Below the pieces are notes generated by a model. The model did not search any database. It was not told the origin of the DNA and saw only the letters and a program-made list of their open reading frames with translations. Made by a program: the position numbers and the translations under genes. Of a stretch of DNA of 64,000 nucleotides, positions 37,152 to 50,102 are shown piece after piece. Source of the DNA: Eledone cirrhosa (lineage: Eukaryota); assembly GCA_964016885.1 (NCBI GenBank), contig OZ024740.1:94364001-94428000 (forward strand). Direction: 5' to 3'. The stretch's first letter is position 1, and the number at the start of each line of letters is the position of its first letter.

Positions 37152-37340
37152 GGCAGTGGATTGGCAGTATCGGTAGAGGGTCGGACGCCATGCTTTCCAG
37201 CATAGTTACGTCCCTTTACGATCTGAGTTCAAATCCCGCCGAGGTTGACTTTGCCTTTCTTCCTTACGGGGTCGATAAAATAAAGTACCAGTAATGCACT
37301 GGGTAATCGGTGGCCTTGTGCCTAAAGTAGAAACAATTAT
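37152..37340 (+). mobile_element. tRNA-derived SINE resembling the common Octopus SINE
   Basis: A box tggcagtatcgg, B box gagttcaaatccc, body ggggtcgataaaataaagtaccagt, tail ggccttgtgcctaaagtagaaac; family assignment from memory. Confidence 0.8.
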
Positions 37341-37412
37341 ATATATATGTGTGTGTATGCATATATAATGACGAAACATAAGTAAATTGCATGAACTCAT
37401 AATTCTTTATTT

Positions 37413-37467
37413 ACTGCTATATATATTCCGATGATGGCCATTGAATGGCTATGACCTCATCAGGCAG
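37413..37467 (-). ncRNA. Type I hammerhead with one core mutation (GAAA>GGAA)
   Basis: Minus strand: actgc-CTGATGA-ggtcatagcca-ttcaa-tggccatcatc-GGAA-tatata-TA-gcagt; stem II pairs at 9 of 11 positions. Confidence 0.65.
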
Positions 37468-37663
37468 TTAGTAAGTTCTTCGATATGTCAGCTCTATGTG
37501 TATAGTGTTGATGGTATCAGAGCCTTGGGACATATGAGATTGTTAGGAATATTTTGATGTTGTCAGCAGGAATAGTCATGATTCCCATTGGTCAGTTTGA
37601 AGATGGTAGTAGGTTGGTATTTGACCTCAAAGAGGCAAGAAGTTCTGTAGGGTTCAAACCATC

Positions 37664-37705
<42 letters not shown>

Positions 37706-38029
37706 AATGAATAATAACAGGTAGACATCATAAAAAGGTAGTTTATTCCGTGTGCTTACAAGTGTTTCCACGGTGGTACTGCAGCCTAGTTCCGCTACGT
37801 GCAAATTCACAAGTATTTGCAGAACTCGAATATCCAATGCTGTGACCACTGTTTCCTCAGAGCAGAATGGTAAATATACAATGTAAAAACCCTTAAGTGG
37901 GGTTGTTGGGGAAGATAGAGTGGAACAGGAAGAGAGAAAATTAGGGAAGATGGAGAGAGAAGGAAAGATATGCAGGGGTTGGAGAAGTAGTAATTAACCA
38001 TCACTGCATCTTGGATAATCCTATACCTA

Positions 38030-38062
<33 letters not shown>

Positions 38063-39479
38063 AATAACTAGTATATCTAGTAACATATATATACACAGAT
38101 GCATACTTATGTTAGCAAATATATAGGTTTTGTCTTAGTAACTATGTGGTTCAATGCATGGGGTTGCAGAACAATAATATGGGAGATGTAATATAAGAAA
38201 ATTATAAAATTAACTTACTTAAATTTCACTCCCAACTTATTAGATTCTGAAAGGGATCAAACGTACTATCCGAAGAGAGCACGGAGAAGCCTTTCGTCGT
38301 CAGGGAACTCTATTCTCAGCTAAGTTTCCAGGCAATTCGTGGACACAGGGAACTTATACAAAAATAATTCAGTGGATGGAAAATGTGCGGCAGATTGTTA
38401 CATGTAAAACATGCAGTCAAAGCAGCAAATCAATAGCATCATGGAGGCTGTACTGGTAAAGCATTTTTCACACACACCTGTACGATATAGAAGCCCGTGT
38501 GTAGAGAAACACCAAATATATCAAAAGTGTTACAAATGAGAAGCAAAACAGCACCACTGTCCTCGCACACACCACCACTCTCACTATCCAGGAAACGCAA
38601 TTTATAGACTGCATGTCCATCACACAATCCACGACGATTCAACATTGGGTGCCTGGTGAACCATGCTAGAACATCACAGCTTGTCGTTCTCTAATTCGAT
38701 TCTATAGAGCAGGTTGTTTTTGTTGTGAGAGTTGACATCGTATTATATTCCGGAATATAATACGATGTCAAATTCTTCATTGACGATACCTTAGTTAGCT
38801 AGTAGTGGCACTTTTCCCTACTGATTCTAGTAGTATTGGCAGTTGTGATACTATACAATAAATAATGTGTAGTACAATATCGTTTAGTCGACAATTATTG
38901 TTGATACATAAGAACGATAACAGAGAATAATACTGAATAAAGTTAAATTAAGTAAAATAAGTTTGGATGTAGATGACCATTAAATAAACAAGAGATATAA
39001 CACCAGCGCAAAGTGAACGGTACATAAGTAGAAATAATAGTCAGGAAAATTACCAATATAAGTCTATGCTAACGCCTTATATAAGTCACAAGATATATAG
39101 TCCCCCAGATATATTGAATATGCTAATATACGTATACAATTGAATATGCAAGGAGTAATTACAAAGAACAATTGTGAGGCAAAGCGTGAGTCGCTCTACG
39201 GGTGAGGATGGCGCTGGGATGCATTCAGAGATTAATAGAGACACACTAATATAGAAGCAAGAAAGTGCAGATGGAGTGGATAATTTGTAACCCCAAAAGG
39301 CATGATTGCAGAGATATAGCGTGAAACATTTTCCGTCCTTATAAGTGGATAGGCACCTAGTAAATCAACACTTCTATTGAATAGTTGCGACTTTCCCCTG
39401 AATATGCCAACGGTATCACCCAGAGAGAGGCTACACGTGCCTGAGCTTATTTCGTGTGTTGGTACCTGAAGAAACCTGC

Positions 39480-40300
39480 GCCTAACCAAAGAGTATATAA
39501 TGTGTCGAAACTAAGTTTTCAGTTCACTTCGGGAGGAGCGTTTCCGATTAATAAACCTATTAAAGGAATGGCGAAGAATGTATAACCTGTCCTCGAAGCT
39601 CGTCAACGTCCGGATATCTAACTGTACGTAGCGTTGGGAGTAGTGACCATAGATTGGTAAATTTGATTTTTCACCAGGCATTTCTTTTCATGTAGCACTT
39701 GTTGGGGTTACAGCATTTACATAAGGTGTTCGACACATGTGTTTTTTTCTGCTGGGCTTCCAATGGGTAGGTCGGAGCGCTAGTCACTGTCATTTAAATA
39801 GTCTCCCTAAGGAGGTTAGAGTTTCCCCGCGCAATCAGTGGCCTATTTTTATCCTGCCAGGAATATTTTGGGTTCCTCCAGAATTCGTCTGTCCCTATCT
39901 GGAGTTTCTAAACCTCCGATTATCTTTGCTTGCTATGTTCTGGAAAACGTTGAATGTGGCGGATTATGAAAGCTTCAACACGAGCCTATTGAAAAACTAA
40001 TGGTACCTCCGTGTGTTCAGGACACACTAAATAATTACTTGGACAGGCTGGGAAGTAGTTGCTCAGAATGCGTTGTGTTGTACCAGTTTATTATTCTATG
40101 TCTAGTTCTACAGTTAGTTGGGTTAGTATCGCTTCAGACATTCGCGAGATAAAGGTGTCCTACTAATTTGAGCATGGCTTATGTGCCCATGCCTGGTGAA
40201 GCTTTTTACGCTGCCCGGTCTCCGTCAGTAGGCGATAATGGCCAGCAGCAGTGTTTCACTCGCTAACCTAATTAATGTGATCGGTGACGCACAGGCATGT
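39480..40300 (-). pseudogene. Very decayed Penelope-like coding remnant
   Basis: Manual minus-strand reading gives CCNPNKC..CLVKNQIYQSMVTTP..SFEDRLYILRHSFN (GIY-YIG-like) and DLPIGS; 39868-39945 also matches 41680-41752 inverted. Confidence 0.5.
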
Positions 40301-40809
40301 GTAGTTTGCAGCAGCATTTCTCCCATCACGTAAATTGTGTTTTTTCAGAGAATTGTGGGGTTCATGGCGGGCACCTGCAAGCATAATGGGGCCACACCCT
40401 ATTACAAATTCATCCATAGAACTTTATGTTTTTGGTAACTATCTGTGATGTGCCACTCTTTTAATAGGATTGATAAATGGAAAAGCTTCGCCGTACCGAA
40501 CTTGTAGGGAATCGACTGCTAGACAACACACAATACATTTCTTTTAGACTACTAGCTGTCTGATGGTGTCATTATTATTACTTAAAAGGTATCACCGAAA
40601 TATGAACACATTAAATGAATTCTAACCTGTTGACTTGTACTTCCTTTTTGACAACTGACCACTTATCTGTCTGTTCTTGAGGCATATTTGCCTATTGTTG
40701 TCTTTGACAGCATTTAGGTGGTTTAATGGAAATTTTTGCGTCGATTTTTCTCATTTTTATATGAATTCAAATACACCCTTGCTTCGTCTCGAACAGAGAC
40801 AACATTGTT

Positions 40810-40858
<49 letters not shown>

Positions 40859-40954
40859 CACACACACATACATACACACCACACACAGACATATATATAT
40901 ATATATATATATATGTATATGTGTGTTGGGGGGGGGGGGGGTATGCGTGTGTGT

Positions 40955-41480
40955 AGGCAAATCAGTGAAGCAACTGAGATAGAACTGAGAGAACCAAAGT
41001 TGAAGAGTAAGATCGAATGGAATAACAGCAACAAGAATACCCAAGCAAACAATACTGCTCTAAGTGAAACATAAACAAATAAATAATCATACACACAAGA
41101 AAATAAAAACAAACACATATAAACACACACTAGTGAACAAAGATAGAATAGAAAAACATGTACAATCAAACACGAATACAACAAACGCATTCGCAAAGAG
41201 AAACAGAGACAATAATAAATAAATAAAATAAAAGTGGCGTAGGCATTACAATTCAACGTAAGGAAACATAATAATACCACTGATGTTTGGGGAAATAACT
41301 CTGAGACACCTGTCTTTTTAACCGTTTGTCAATCAATGATAAACATTGATTGCCAGATAAATTAACTCTGGAGATATAAAAGATACATAAATTAAAACCA
41401 ACCCAAACCAAAGGGTGAGTGTGTTATATTATTATTTCTGGCAAAATTATAACAGTATGATCATCCCCAAAGAAAACAAT
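40955..41480 (+). mobile_element. 3' fragment of the PLE family at 21290-22975
   Basis: QISEATEIELREPKL..EW followed by UTR matching the reverse complement of 21340-21890. Confidence 0.75.
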
Positions 41481-41850
41481 ATATATATATGTTGGCTGCA
41501 AACTCTGCTAAGAATATTTAGAACGCTTGCCAGATTACAGAAAAAGGTGCAGATTTAGGCTACGGCCAGCCACACGAGCCTGTAACCTAACCCTTTTTAA
41601 GTGGGGAAAGGCACTCCGTCCGACCAATCCTACTATCTGAGAAACAAAAACACTAACTGAAAAGGAGAACTGGTTGGCCAGAACATAGCAAGCATCAATA
41701 ATAATAGGTTTAGACCCTCAAGACAGGTACAGATTAGTTCTGGCGGCACCCAATATATATATATATATACATATATACATACACACACACACACACACAT
41801 ACACACACACACATATACACAGACACACACACACACACACACATACACAT

Positions 41851-41982
<132 letters not shown>

Positions 41983-42267
41983 AGTGAGTGTGAAATCAAA
42001 TTTCCGCAAAAACTTTGATTGCACTGTTTTGTTTACACTCATGTATTGTTTGAAAATATTATTCATTCATTATACAAATTAAATGATAGCGTTCTTTATG
42101 TAGGTGGTCCCCCTTCATTTGGCAACCAATATTTGTATACCTTGTACGCTACTGTGTATATATACAAAAAATATATATAGGAATATGGTTATCCCAAATC
42201 ATAGTAGACTCAAATATCACATATATATATATATAGAGAGAGAGAAGTGGGGGATGAGAGAGAGGGA

Positions 42268-42315
<48 letters not shown>

Positions 42316-42359
42316 TATATATATATAGAGAGAGAGATAGAGAGAGAGAGAGTATGATC

Positions 42360-42850
42360 CACCGAAATGGGTTAGAAGTCGACCTTAATTTGGAGCAAGA
42401 ACATTAAGATAGTCATGAACGACACCAAAACACATTGTTTTTAACATGTTGAAACTATGTTTTTATATATGAATTTTCCTAACACTTTCGTAGTTGTCTC
42501 TGTGGCCTAGCGGTAGGTACTAGAGACGGTGGAGGTCTAGGTTTTCGGTTCACTCCTGGTCTAGATGTACACGTGTGCTTTTTCATTCTTTAATTTACAA
42601 CCCATAACCAAAAATTGAAAAGGTTTACCGGGAGCCCTACACGCGGCCAGGTTCGAACTTCAGACCAGGATAAGCACCATCTACGATTCCTCCAACTAGG
42701 CCACCGAGACACCTAGCAAATTATAATAAAAAAAATTATAATTATAAACCTACTTTCAAAATCAAAGTTAAAAAACGTGGTGTCGTTTATGGTTTTCCCA
42801 GTGTCATTAGTAATATTTAGGGTCGAGTTGTCAATCCTCTGGCCCTATGG
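42360..42850. mobile_element. Fold-back (MITE-like) element with two convergent tRNA-like heads
   Basis: Inverted pairs tcgacctta/tagggtcga, atgaacgacacca/tggtgtcgtttat and tgtctctgtggcctag/ctaggccaccgagaca; A- and B-box-like motifs on each arm. Confidence 0.55.
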
Positions 42851-42920
42851 TAACAACCTATTATTCCTATGTCTGTTTAACTGTTGAATTAATGTAATTC
42901 GATTATTTTAGCAAACAAAT

Positions 42921-42964
<44 letters not shown>

Positions 42965-43411
42965 TGCAAAATAATTAGTGAATGAAAGTGTTACAAGTTC
43001 GTTAAAGCATATCTTTATAACATGTTTTAACGGCTTGTAACTCTTTAATTCACTAATACTTTTGCTTATTACAGCTCTCCTTAACCTATACACTAAATAT
43101 TAACTTTCTCTATTATTTAACCCTGATATCCCAAGCATTGAACACTTACGCATGAGCTTTTGCCATGTAATATTCTGTATTGCACATCTTTATACCTCTT
43201 ATATATATAAATATTTAAAGGAGATCAATATTGCCACATATACTAAGTACCCCTGGAAATCTATAGGGTGTCTATGGTACAGTTGTTGTTCTATGGTATA
43301 CATTTGACAAACAAGAACTATAACATTGAGATGAGCGGAGTAAGTAAGATTGAAACACTTTTTTTTTTATAAATAAAAAATTAATATTTAAATATTTAAC
43401 CTTTCTATTTG

Positions 43412-43489
43412 CTCTTACCGACGGTTTCGCCTCACACAAAATTGGAAGTCCGATGGACTTCCAATGGAAATGCTTGGTTCTTCAGAAAG
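43412..43489 (-). ncRNA. Long-stem-II type I hammerhead, core intact
   Basis: Minus strand: cttt-CTGAAGA-acc...attggaagtcc-atc-ggacttccaat...ggc-GAAACCgtcGGTA-agag. Confidence 0.7.
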
Positions 43490-43901
43490 TATTTTCCCCT
43501 ACATAGGACGAACGCCCCAGAAACGGCAACATATATTGCATTCTGCCAGCTAGTGCAGGATCGAATGAGACCGTAAACTTGACCTACACATAAATTAGCC
43601 CTAAATATAAGCGGAAGTAAACATAGACGTGTTGTCTATCACGTCACTAAAAACAGAAACTAGGTAAAACAACAGATTTTTGTCTCTACACATAGGAGAA
43701 TATATAAAAAGGAGATCAATATTGCCACAGGTACTAAGTACTCCTGGAAATATATAGAGTGTATACGGTACAGTTATTTTTTTAGGGTATCAAATGGAAT
43801 GGGTAAATATTTAAATTATATTTTTTAAATCATTTGAAAAAATTGTTTGAATCGTACTTATTCGGCTTATCTAAATATATATGTATATATATATATATAT
43901 A

Positions 43902-46281
43902 CTAGCAGAAGTACTCGGCGTTGCCCGGGTGTAAGTCGACCTTTCGTTTGTTGTTAAAATGTTTGAAAGTTGCTTCCCGCGCATCACAGGTGCAAAAACC
44001 TTCGAACCTCAAGGAAAAAAACAGAGGTTAGTATACGCAGGTATGTAATTGAGAATAAATAATGGATCAATTGTAGGTTCACAGTGTATCATTGAAATTG
44101 TTCTTTGCAAGACTGACGGAAGTCAAATTAACTTGAAATTGAATTTTCAGTTGATTTTTAAATCAGGGTGAAAAAGTCGATTTTTTTCAATTTATTTTTA
44201 TACAATTTTGGCGCTCACATGTGCAGAAGAAGAAATAAAAGGGACTTTATCTGATTCGAGGCTTAATGGACGAATCATTTGCGACAGTTTTCACGAAAAT
44301 CAGACGTTCCTGTAAAAAATTATCCCATCTGCAACTATGCCTTGTTTTTTGCGCAAAGTCGAACCCCGCTTCAGTTTTATTGATTTTTTACATGAATGCG
44401 TGACTTGGGAAGTAGATTTGAGTAGCGACAGACCTGTCCCGGTGAATTTGCTATATGTGAAAAAAAGTTGATCAAAATTGCGTCTAGGGTTATTGCCCTT
44501 TGCAACAGCCTCAAGAACATGTAATTAAAAAGATTTATCATGGACTATCGTGCACGTTGGTATTGTGTTTAGCCTGCGAAAATCGGTGATCAAATGATGC
44601 AACAATAAGCCATAATGATGACGTTTAAGCGAGTGGCAAGGAATTGATGCGACATAGATAGCCATGGGAGTCTTGAAGGAGGACAGAGGTCAGGCAAGAG
44701 AAATGGCCGAGGAGGGATGGTGGCTGACAGTGCATGGAGGCGGCATCCTGAGGCATGAATATGTAGTGGGGCGACGGCCAGCAGGCAAGGAAGAGGGCAG
44801 GGGTGGACGGTGGCAAGGATGCCGCATGGTGAGCGATGGAAGTCTTGAAGGAGCACTGCGGGCAGGAAAAAGAAAGGGCCAAGGAGGGGATGGCGGCTGA
44901 CAGAGCATTGATGCGGCATGGTGATGCATGACGATGCAGTGGGACGACGGCGTGCAGGGAAGGGAGATGGCCGGGATTGACGGTTGCAGGGATTCCGCAT
45001 GGTGAATCATGGCACTCGTGAAGGACTATGTCGTGCGGGTAAGGGAGAGGGAAGGGGAGGGCATGGTGGCTGACAGAGCATGGATGCGGCATGGTGAGGC
45101 ATGACGATGCAGTGGGACGACAGCGTGCAGGGAAGGGAGAAGGAAGGAATTGATGGTGGCAGGGATGCGGCTTAGTTAGGCAAGGTAGTATAGAAGGAGG
45201 ACGGCGGGCAGGCCAAAAATAAGGGCTGAGGAGGGAATGGTGGCCGACAGGGCAGTAATGCGGCATGGTGAGGCATGATGATGCAGTGGGACAACGGCGT
45301 GCAGGGAATGGAGAGGGCAGGGGTTGACGGTGGCAGGGATGCGGCTTTGACAGGCATGGAAGTCTTGAGCTCTCCCTGAGTGTAGGCAATGGAAATGGGC
45401 AGGCGTGGATGGTGGCATGGATTCGACATGTTGAGCCGTGGCAGTCCTTAGGGATCACGCAGGGCAGGCAATGGAAAGGGCCGGGTAATGAATTGCAGCT
45501 GACAATGCAGAGATGCGCATGGTGATGCACAACGATGCAGTAGGTCGACGGCGTGCAAGGAAGGGAGAGGGCAGAGTTTGACGGATGCCTCATTATGCTA
45601 CGGTAGTGGAACCACAGGAATGAAAGGCGCGCATGGAAGCTCGATGATCGCTTGAGAAGACTGGGTGCAATAGAGCATGATGCGCGGCGGTATAGTGTTG
45701 ATAGTAGTTATATAAGAAATGGAAGAATCGGCATAAAAGGTTTGCTGAATATGGTGAGCGTTAATTTAAATAGACTTACGTAGATAATCCTGATAGGTTG
45801 AACATTATTTGCATGGCGGGAGTGGCGACAAATGTAAGCAAGAACAATGGCGTTTTTCGGTTGCCACATTTTTTATTCTGGAGGTCCGATTATCGATTTT
45901 ATTTTTACAATTTCAAGTACCCCACGTTAATCCCCGCATGAAAATACTTACCTACGTTAAATTTCATTTGAATCGGACAAATTTCGTAACTATCGATTTT
46001 GGCCTCTGGTGATCCAATTATCGATTTTTCGAAAATTTAATGTAGCGCACGTTTATCCCCGGATCAAAATACACACTTGTGTCGAGTTTCATCGATATTT
46101 GAAAATATCGATTGTTGACTTCTCGGGTCCCGATTATGGATTTTTCGAAATTTTCACGTAGCCCATTCCACTCTACGCGTTGAATTTTATATATGTGTGA
46201 GGTTTCATGAAAATTGGATGAACGGTGTAGAATGCAAGTTCGGAACACCAAACAACGCCCATTTTCACTTTATATATAAGA
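43902..46281 (-). mobile_element. Non-autonomous Helitron (~2.4 kb)
   Basis: Minus strand starts A|TCttatatataaag and ends cccgggcaacgccgag-tacttctg-CTAG|T: 5' TC, subterminal GC hairpin, 3' CTAG, A/T target, no TSD. Confidence 0.8.
44660..45590. repeat. Diverged GC-rich tandem repeat (~173-bp period) inside the Helitron
   Basis: ggc(t/c)gacag...gcggcat..tgaggcatga.gatgcagtgggacga recurs near 44722, 44895, 45068 and 45242, with a further copy near 45498. Confidence 0.8.
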
Positions 46282-46319
46282 TATACATATATATATATAT
46301 ATCCATACATAAACACACC

Positions 46320-46440
<121 letters not shown>

Positions 46441-46446
46441 ACACAC

Positions 46447-46505
<59 letters not shown>

Positions 46506-47193
46506 TATACACATGCACACCCATACATATATGTATATATATATATATATGCATATATATACATACACGTGTATGTATGTATGTGTACGTGTATATGTAT
46601 ATATATATACATACATATACACGTACACATACCCACATACATACACACACACATGCCTACACACACACATACACAGATGCATACGTACTCACATATAAAA
46701 GGATACATATGCATACACACAAATAACAATACATAATCATAGTATACCGTCACATACAAATAAGAAAATAAAAAATAAGTATTAAGAAAATAAAAAAAAT
46801 GAAAAATATTATTAAGTAGACAGCGATACGAGACGGCAAAATTTAAAATTAAAATAAAAATGATAAAAATAATAATAATAATAATAATAAATGACCAAAC
46901 CCACGTAGTAAGCAACTGCACAAAAAAAATGTGGTTGCTTTCAAGAAACCACTGGTAAATGAAATAATTATATTATTTTGTTTATTACATAACTAATAAG
47001 CTCTGTAACTTACATGGAGCACTCTTTTTTCCTGGCCTTTTCCGACGGAATTACTTCATTTATACGGCTCCAACCGGGAATGATTGAAACCGGGATTGAT
47101 TGAAGCATATTCTATATTACATATATGATCGGCACCTTCCAGTCCGATAATTTGAGCACTCTACAGTATCTAGTAATTTAAGCAACATACACG

Positions 47194-48640
47194 ATGGACG
47201 TTTATGATTTGGATTATTCAATCAAAAATATACCTACTCCCTCCAACACGAATTATACCACATTGCTTATAGATAAAATCGAACAAGTGGTTAAAAGAAT
47301 GAGATGGAAGGCAATGATTTACGATGGACTATTCAGTGCTGATACAAATGATTGTTTTGACATACAATCTCGTAAATACCCACTTAGAATTAAAGACATG
47401 GTCAACTTCGTATTAGACCTTGTTAATTGAATTAGTGATATCAAATTTCGTATGTACAACAATAACTTTCAAGCTAAACTTTCTAACGATATCTCTTATC
47501 TTAAAAATTTTACAAACACATTTCTTCTTTCCGATAAAACTAAAAATCTCTTTGAAGTTAATACTATTTTGTTTAACCAACATTTAACCAATTGTATTAC
47601 CTACAAATATCAATTAAATAACAATAACATCTACAATACTATTAATAATGAAGCTAAAGTACTAGCTAGTTTTTTTTTTAAATAGACAACCGGATTGAAA
47701 CCCTAGCTAAACGTAAAGCTTATGTTACCCTTAAAGACCATACATTAGACTTTACTAATCGACCTAGTTGTAGACTGATTAACCCGGCTAAATCAGAAGT
47801 TGGCCTTGCAAGTAAAACAAAACAATCTTAAGAAAAATAATTTTCCAAATTATAACTAATACTGACTTATCACAATGGTTAAGTACATCCCATGTTAATT
47901 CTTGGTTTAAAAATAAGTGTAGATTTACCCAATTTCGATATTGTTGATTTTTACCCCTCTATTTCCTTATTAAAGAAAGCCTTAGATTTTGCAAGACCTT
48001 TTTCGAAATTAGACATATATAATACATTATTGTTCATGTTAGGAAACTCTACTCTTTACTAATGAAAGTATTTGGGTTAGAAAGTCAAGCCCTGAAAACG
48101 CTTTCGATATTGCAATGGGTTCATATGATAGTGCGGATATGTGTGACTTAGTAGGATTATTCCATCTCCACACCCTTAAAGGGAAATTTCCTTCCCATAA
48201 TATCGGTTTATACCGTGACGCTGGATGAATGCCCATTACAGGGCAAATGTAACACCGAATCCGTTGTATATGAGGCCAAATTAACACATTTGATTAACAA
48301 CTTGCCAGCCAGGAGTGAACGATATGTTGGTATGACTCAAGACAGGTTAAAACTAGGTTTATGCGCATGTCGCTTCTTTTAAACACTCTGATAAAACAAC
48401 AGCAACGGCCCTCACTAATAAGCTGTGGGATTTCAAAGATAACAACATCCTGTACTCTATCGATTGGTCTATTTTAGACCATTCGAGGGAATACCAAAGG
48501 GGCACAAAAATGGTTCTTTGTGTACCACTGAAGAATTTTGAATTCTACAGAATTTTAAAGCCACTTCAACTTGCTTTAACTCCAAGACCGAGATCTTCAG
48601 ATGTTGTCCTCAACTGAAATCACATCTGCTTCGTAACTGG
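47194..48640 (+). pseudogene. Penelope-like ORF from its N-terminus to GIY-YIG, internally deleted and frameshifted
   Basis: YSIKNIP..IEQVVKRMRWKA; SDKTKNL; [21 protein letters not shown]; FDIVDFYPSIS; FDIAMGSYDSADMCDLVG; GLYRDAG; CPLQGKCNTESVVYEA..YVGMT. Confidence 0.88.
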
Positions 48641-49012
48641 ATATACATTCCTACGATGACTCAAACACCTTGAACTTCTTCTTTGATACGATGACTTAAC
48701 CACATTGAACTTCTTCTTTGCTCTTTACGCCTTATATCTTCTACGACTTTTATTACTCTCAGAACTCACTTTCTGTACCCTTATTTTCCCTTTCTCCCTT
48801 ATCTCCTCTTATTCTTTAACTATTATTATGTTATTTATTTCCTTATTCCCACCTACTCTCTATCTTACCCTTTACATACCCTCCCCCTTTTGATTTTTAG
48901 ATATTAATTTTACGGGTATGTATGTTGTCGTGTATATGTGTATATAAGTGTATGTATATATATATATGTGTATATGTATGTATACATTTTATATATATAT
49001 GTGTATGTGTAT

Positions 49013-49742
49013 GCCGTTGCTCGCACCAACCGGAGTTATATGGTCTTTAAAGCAACGAAATACCAATGATGGTTGGAAGATCACTGATGAAGGACTAACT
49101 TTATTCATATGTAACCCATTAGCAACCCCGCAGCAGATTTAACTCATATTGACACATATTTTCCCCCCGCTGTTACACGTCTATTTCGTTCTTACTGCTT
49201 CCTCTTTCTCTGTATCTTTACCCTCTCTAGCAGTCACTCTCTCTGTTAGCCTCTTCCTCACCCTTCACTCACTCATTCTCTGTTACTACCTCTCCCCCTC
49301 CCCCTTCTTCCCGTTTGACCTGTGCGTAGTTCTTTCTTTCGCACCCTTGGTCTGGCAGGTCGCTTTTTTCTCTCTCTCTCGTCTACGATTTCACAGAACT
49401 TACGTTCACCGAAATCACAGACTAGATCCCTTATTCCTCCCGTTAGACATGTACGGAATTCCTTCCTTGCTTACATTCCAACCAGGTTTGATGGTATTTA
49501 TTCTCTCTCGTTGACAATTTCGCCGAATTTAAATTCATAGAAATTTGAGACTTGACTCCTTCTTCCTCACTTTTCGTTGCTTCACCATTTTTGTTTATTT
49601 ACACTCGTGTCCCTTTTATTTACGTGTCCCACCGACTTTGTTTAGCCGTTGCTCGCACCAACCGGAGGTATATGGTCTTCAAAGCGATGAAATACCAATG
49701 ATGGTTGGAAGATCACTGATGAAGGACTAACTTTATTCATAT
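49013..49742 (+). repeat. Direct ~98-bp repeats (49013-49110 and 49645-49742), tandem pseudo-LTR ends of the upstream PLE
   Basis: gccgttgctcgcaccaaccggag.tatatggtctt.aaagc..gaaataccaatgatggttggaagatcactgatgaaggactaactttattcatat occurs twice. Confidence 0.85.
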
Positions 49743-49841
49743 ATATATATGTATATGTGTGTGTGTGTATATATATATATTTTTTATATATACATATATT
49801 TAGGTTTATTTTGTGCATTTGATTACTACGTGCGTTTGGTC

Positions 49842-49887
<46 letters not shown>

Positions 49888-50102
49888 GGCGACCTACGTA
49901 CAAATCATATTATTGTGAGCTCCGCAAATGTTTGTTTTTTTCAGTTGTTTAAAATTGCCATTTATAGAAAAGTTTTATTGTTAATTCTATATAAGTGCAT
50001 ATACATTGATTTCTGAAAAGGACACTCAAAAACATTGTGGCCTTGAGCCCAAAATTTTATTTTTTTATAATTATCAAACAAAAATTATTTCTTTGGAAAA
50101 TC

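Noticed and set aside
38283-38312. Minus-strand CTGACGAcGAAA motif
   Set aside because: No stem II or convincing stem I; probably chance or too decayed.
42496-42566. Functional tRNA gene
   Set aside because: A- and B-box-like motifs are present, but I could not build a full cloverleaf; treated as tRNA-derived.
44625-45593. 322-aa Pro/Cys/His-rich ORF as a captured gene
   Set aside because: It follows the 173-bp repeat, whose period is not a multiple of three, so frames drift; no recognisable domain.
49075-49110. CTGATGA in the PLE direct repeats (also ~49716) as a hammerhead
   Set aside because: I could not find a correctly placed GAAA, stem III and stem I partner; at most a half-core remnant.
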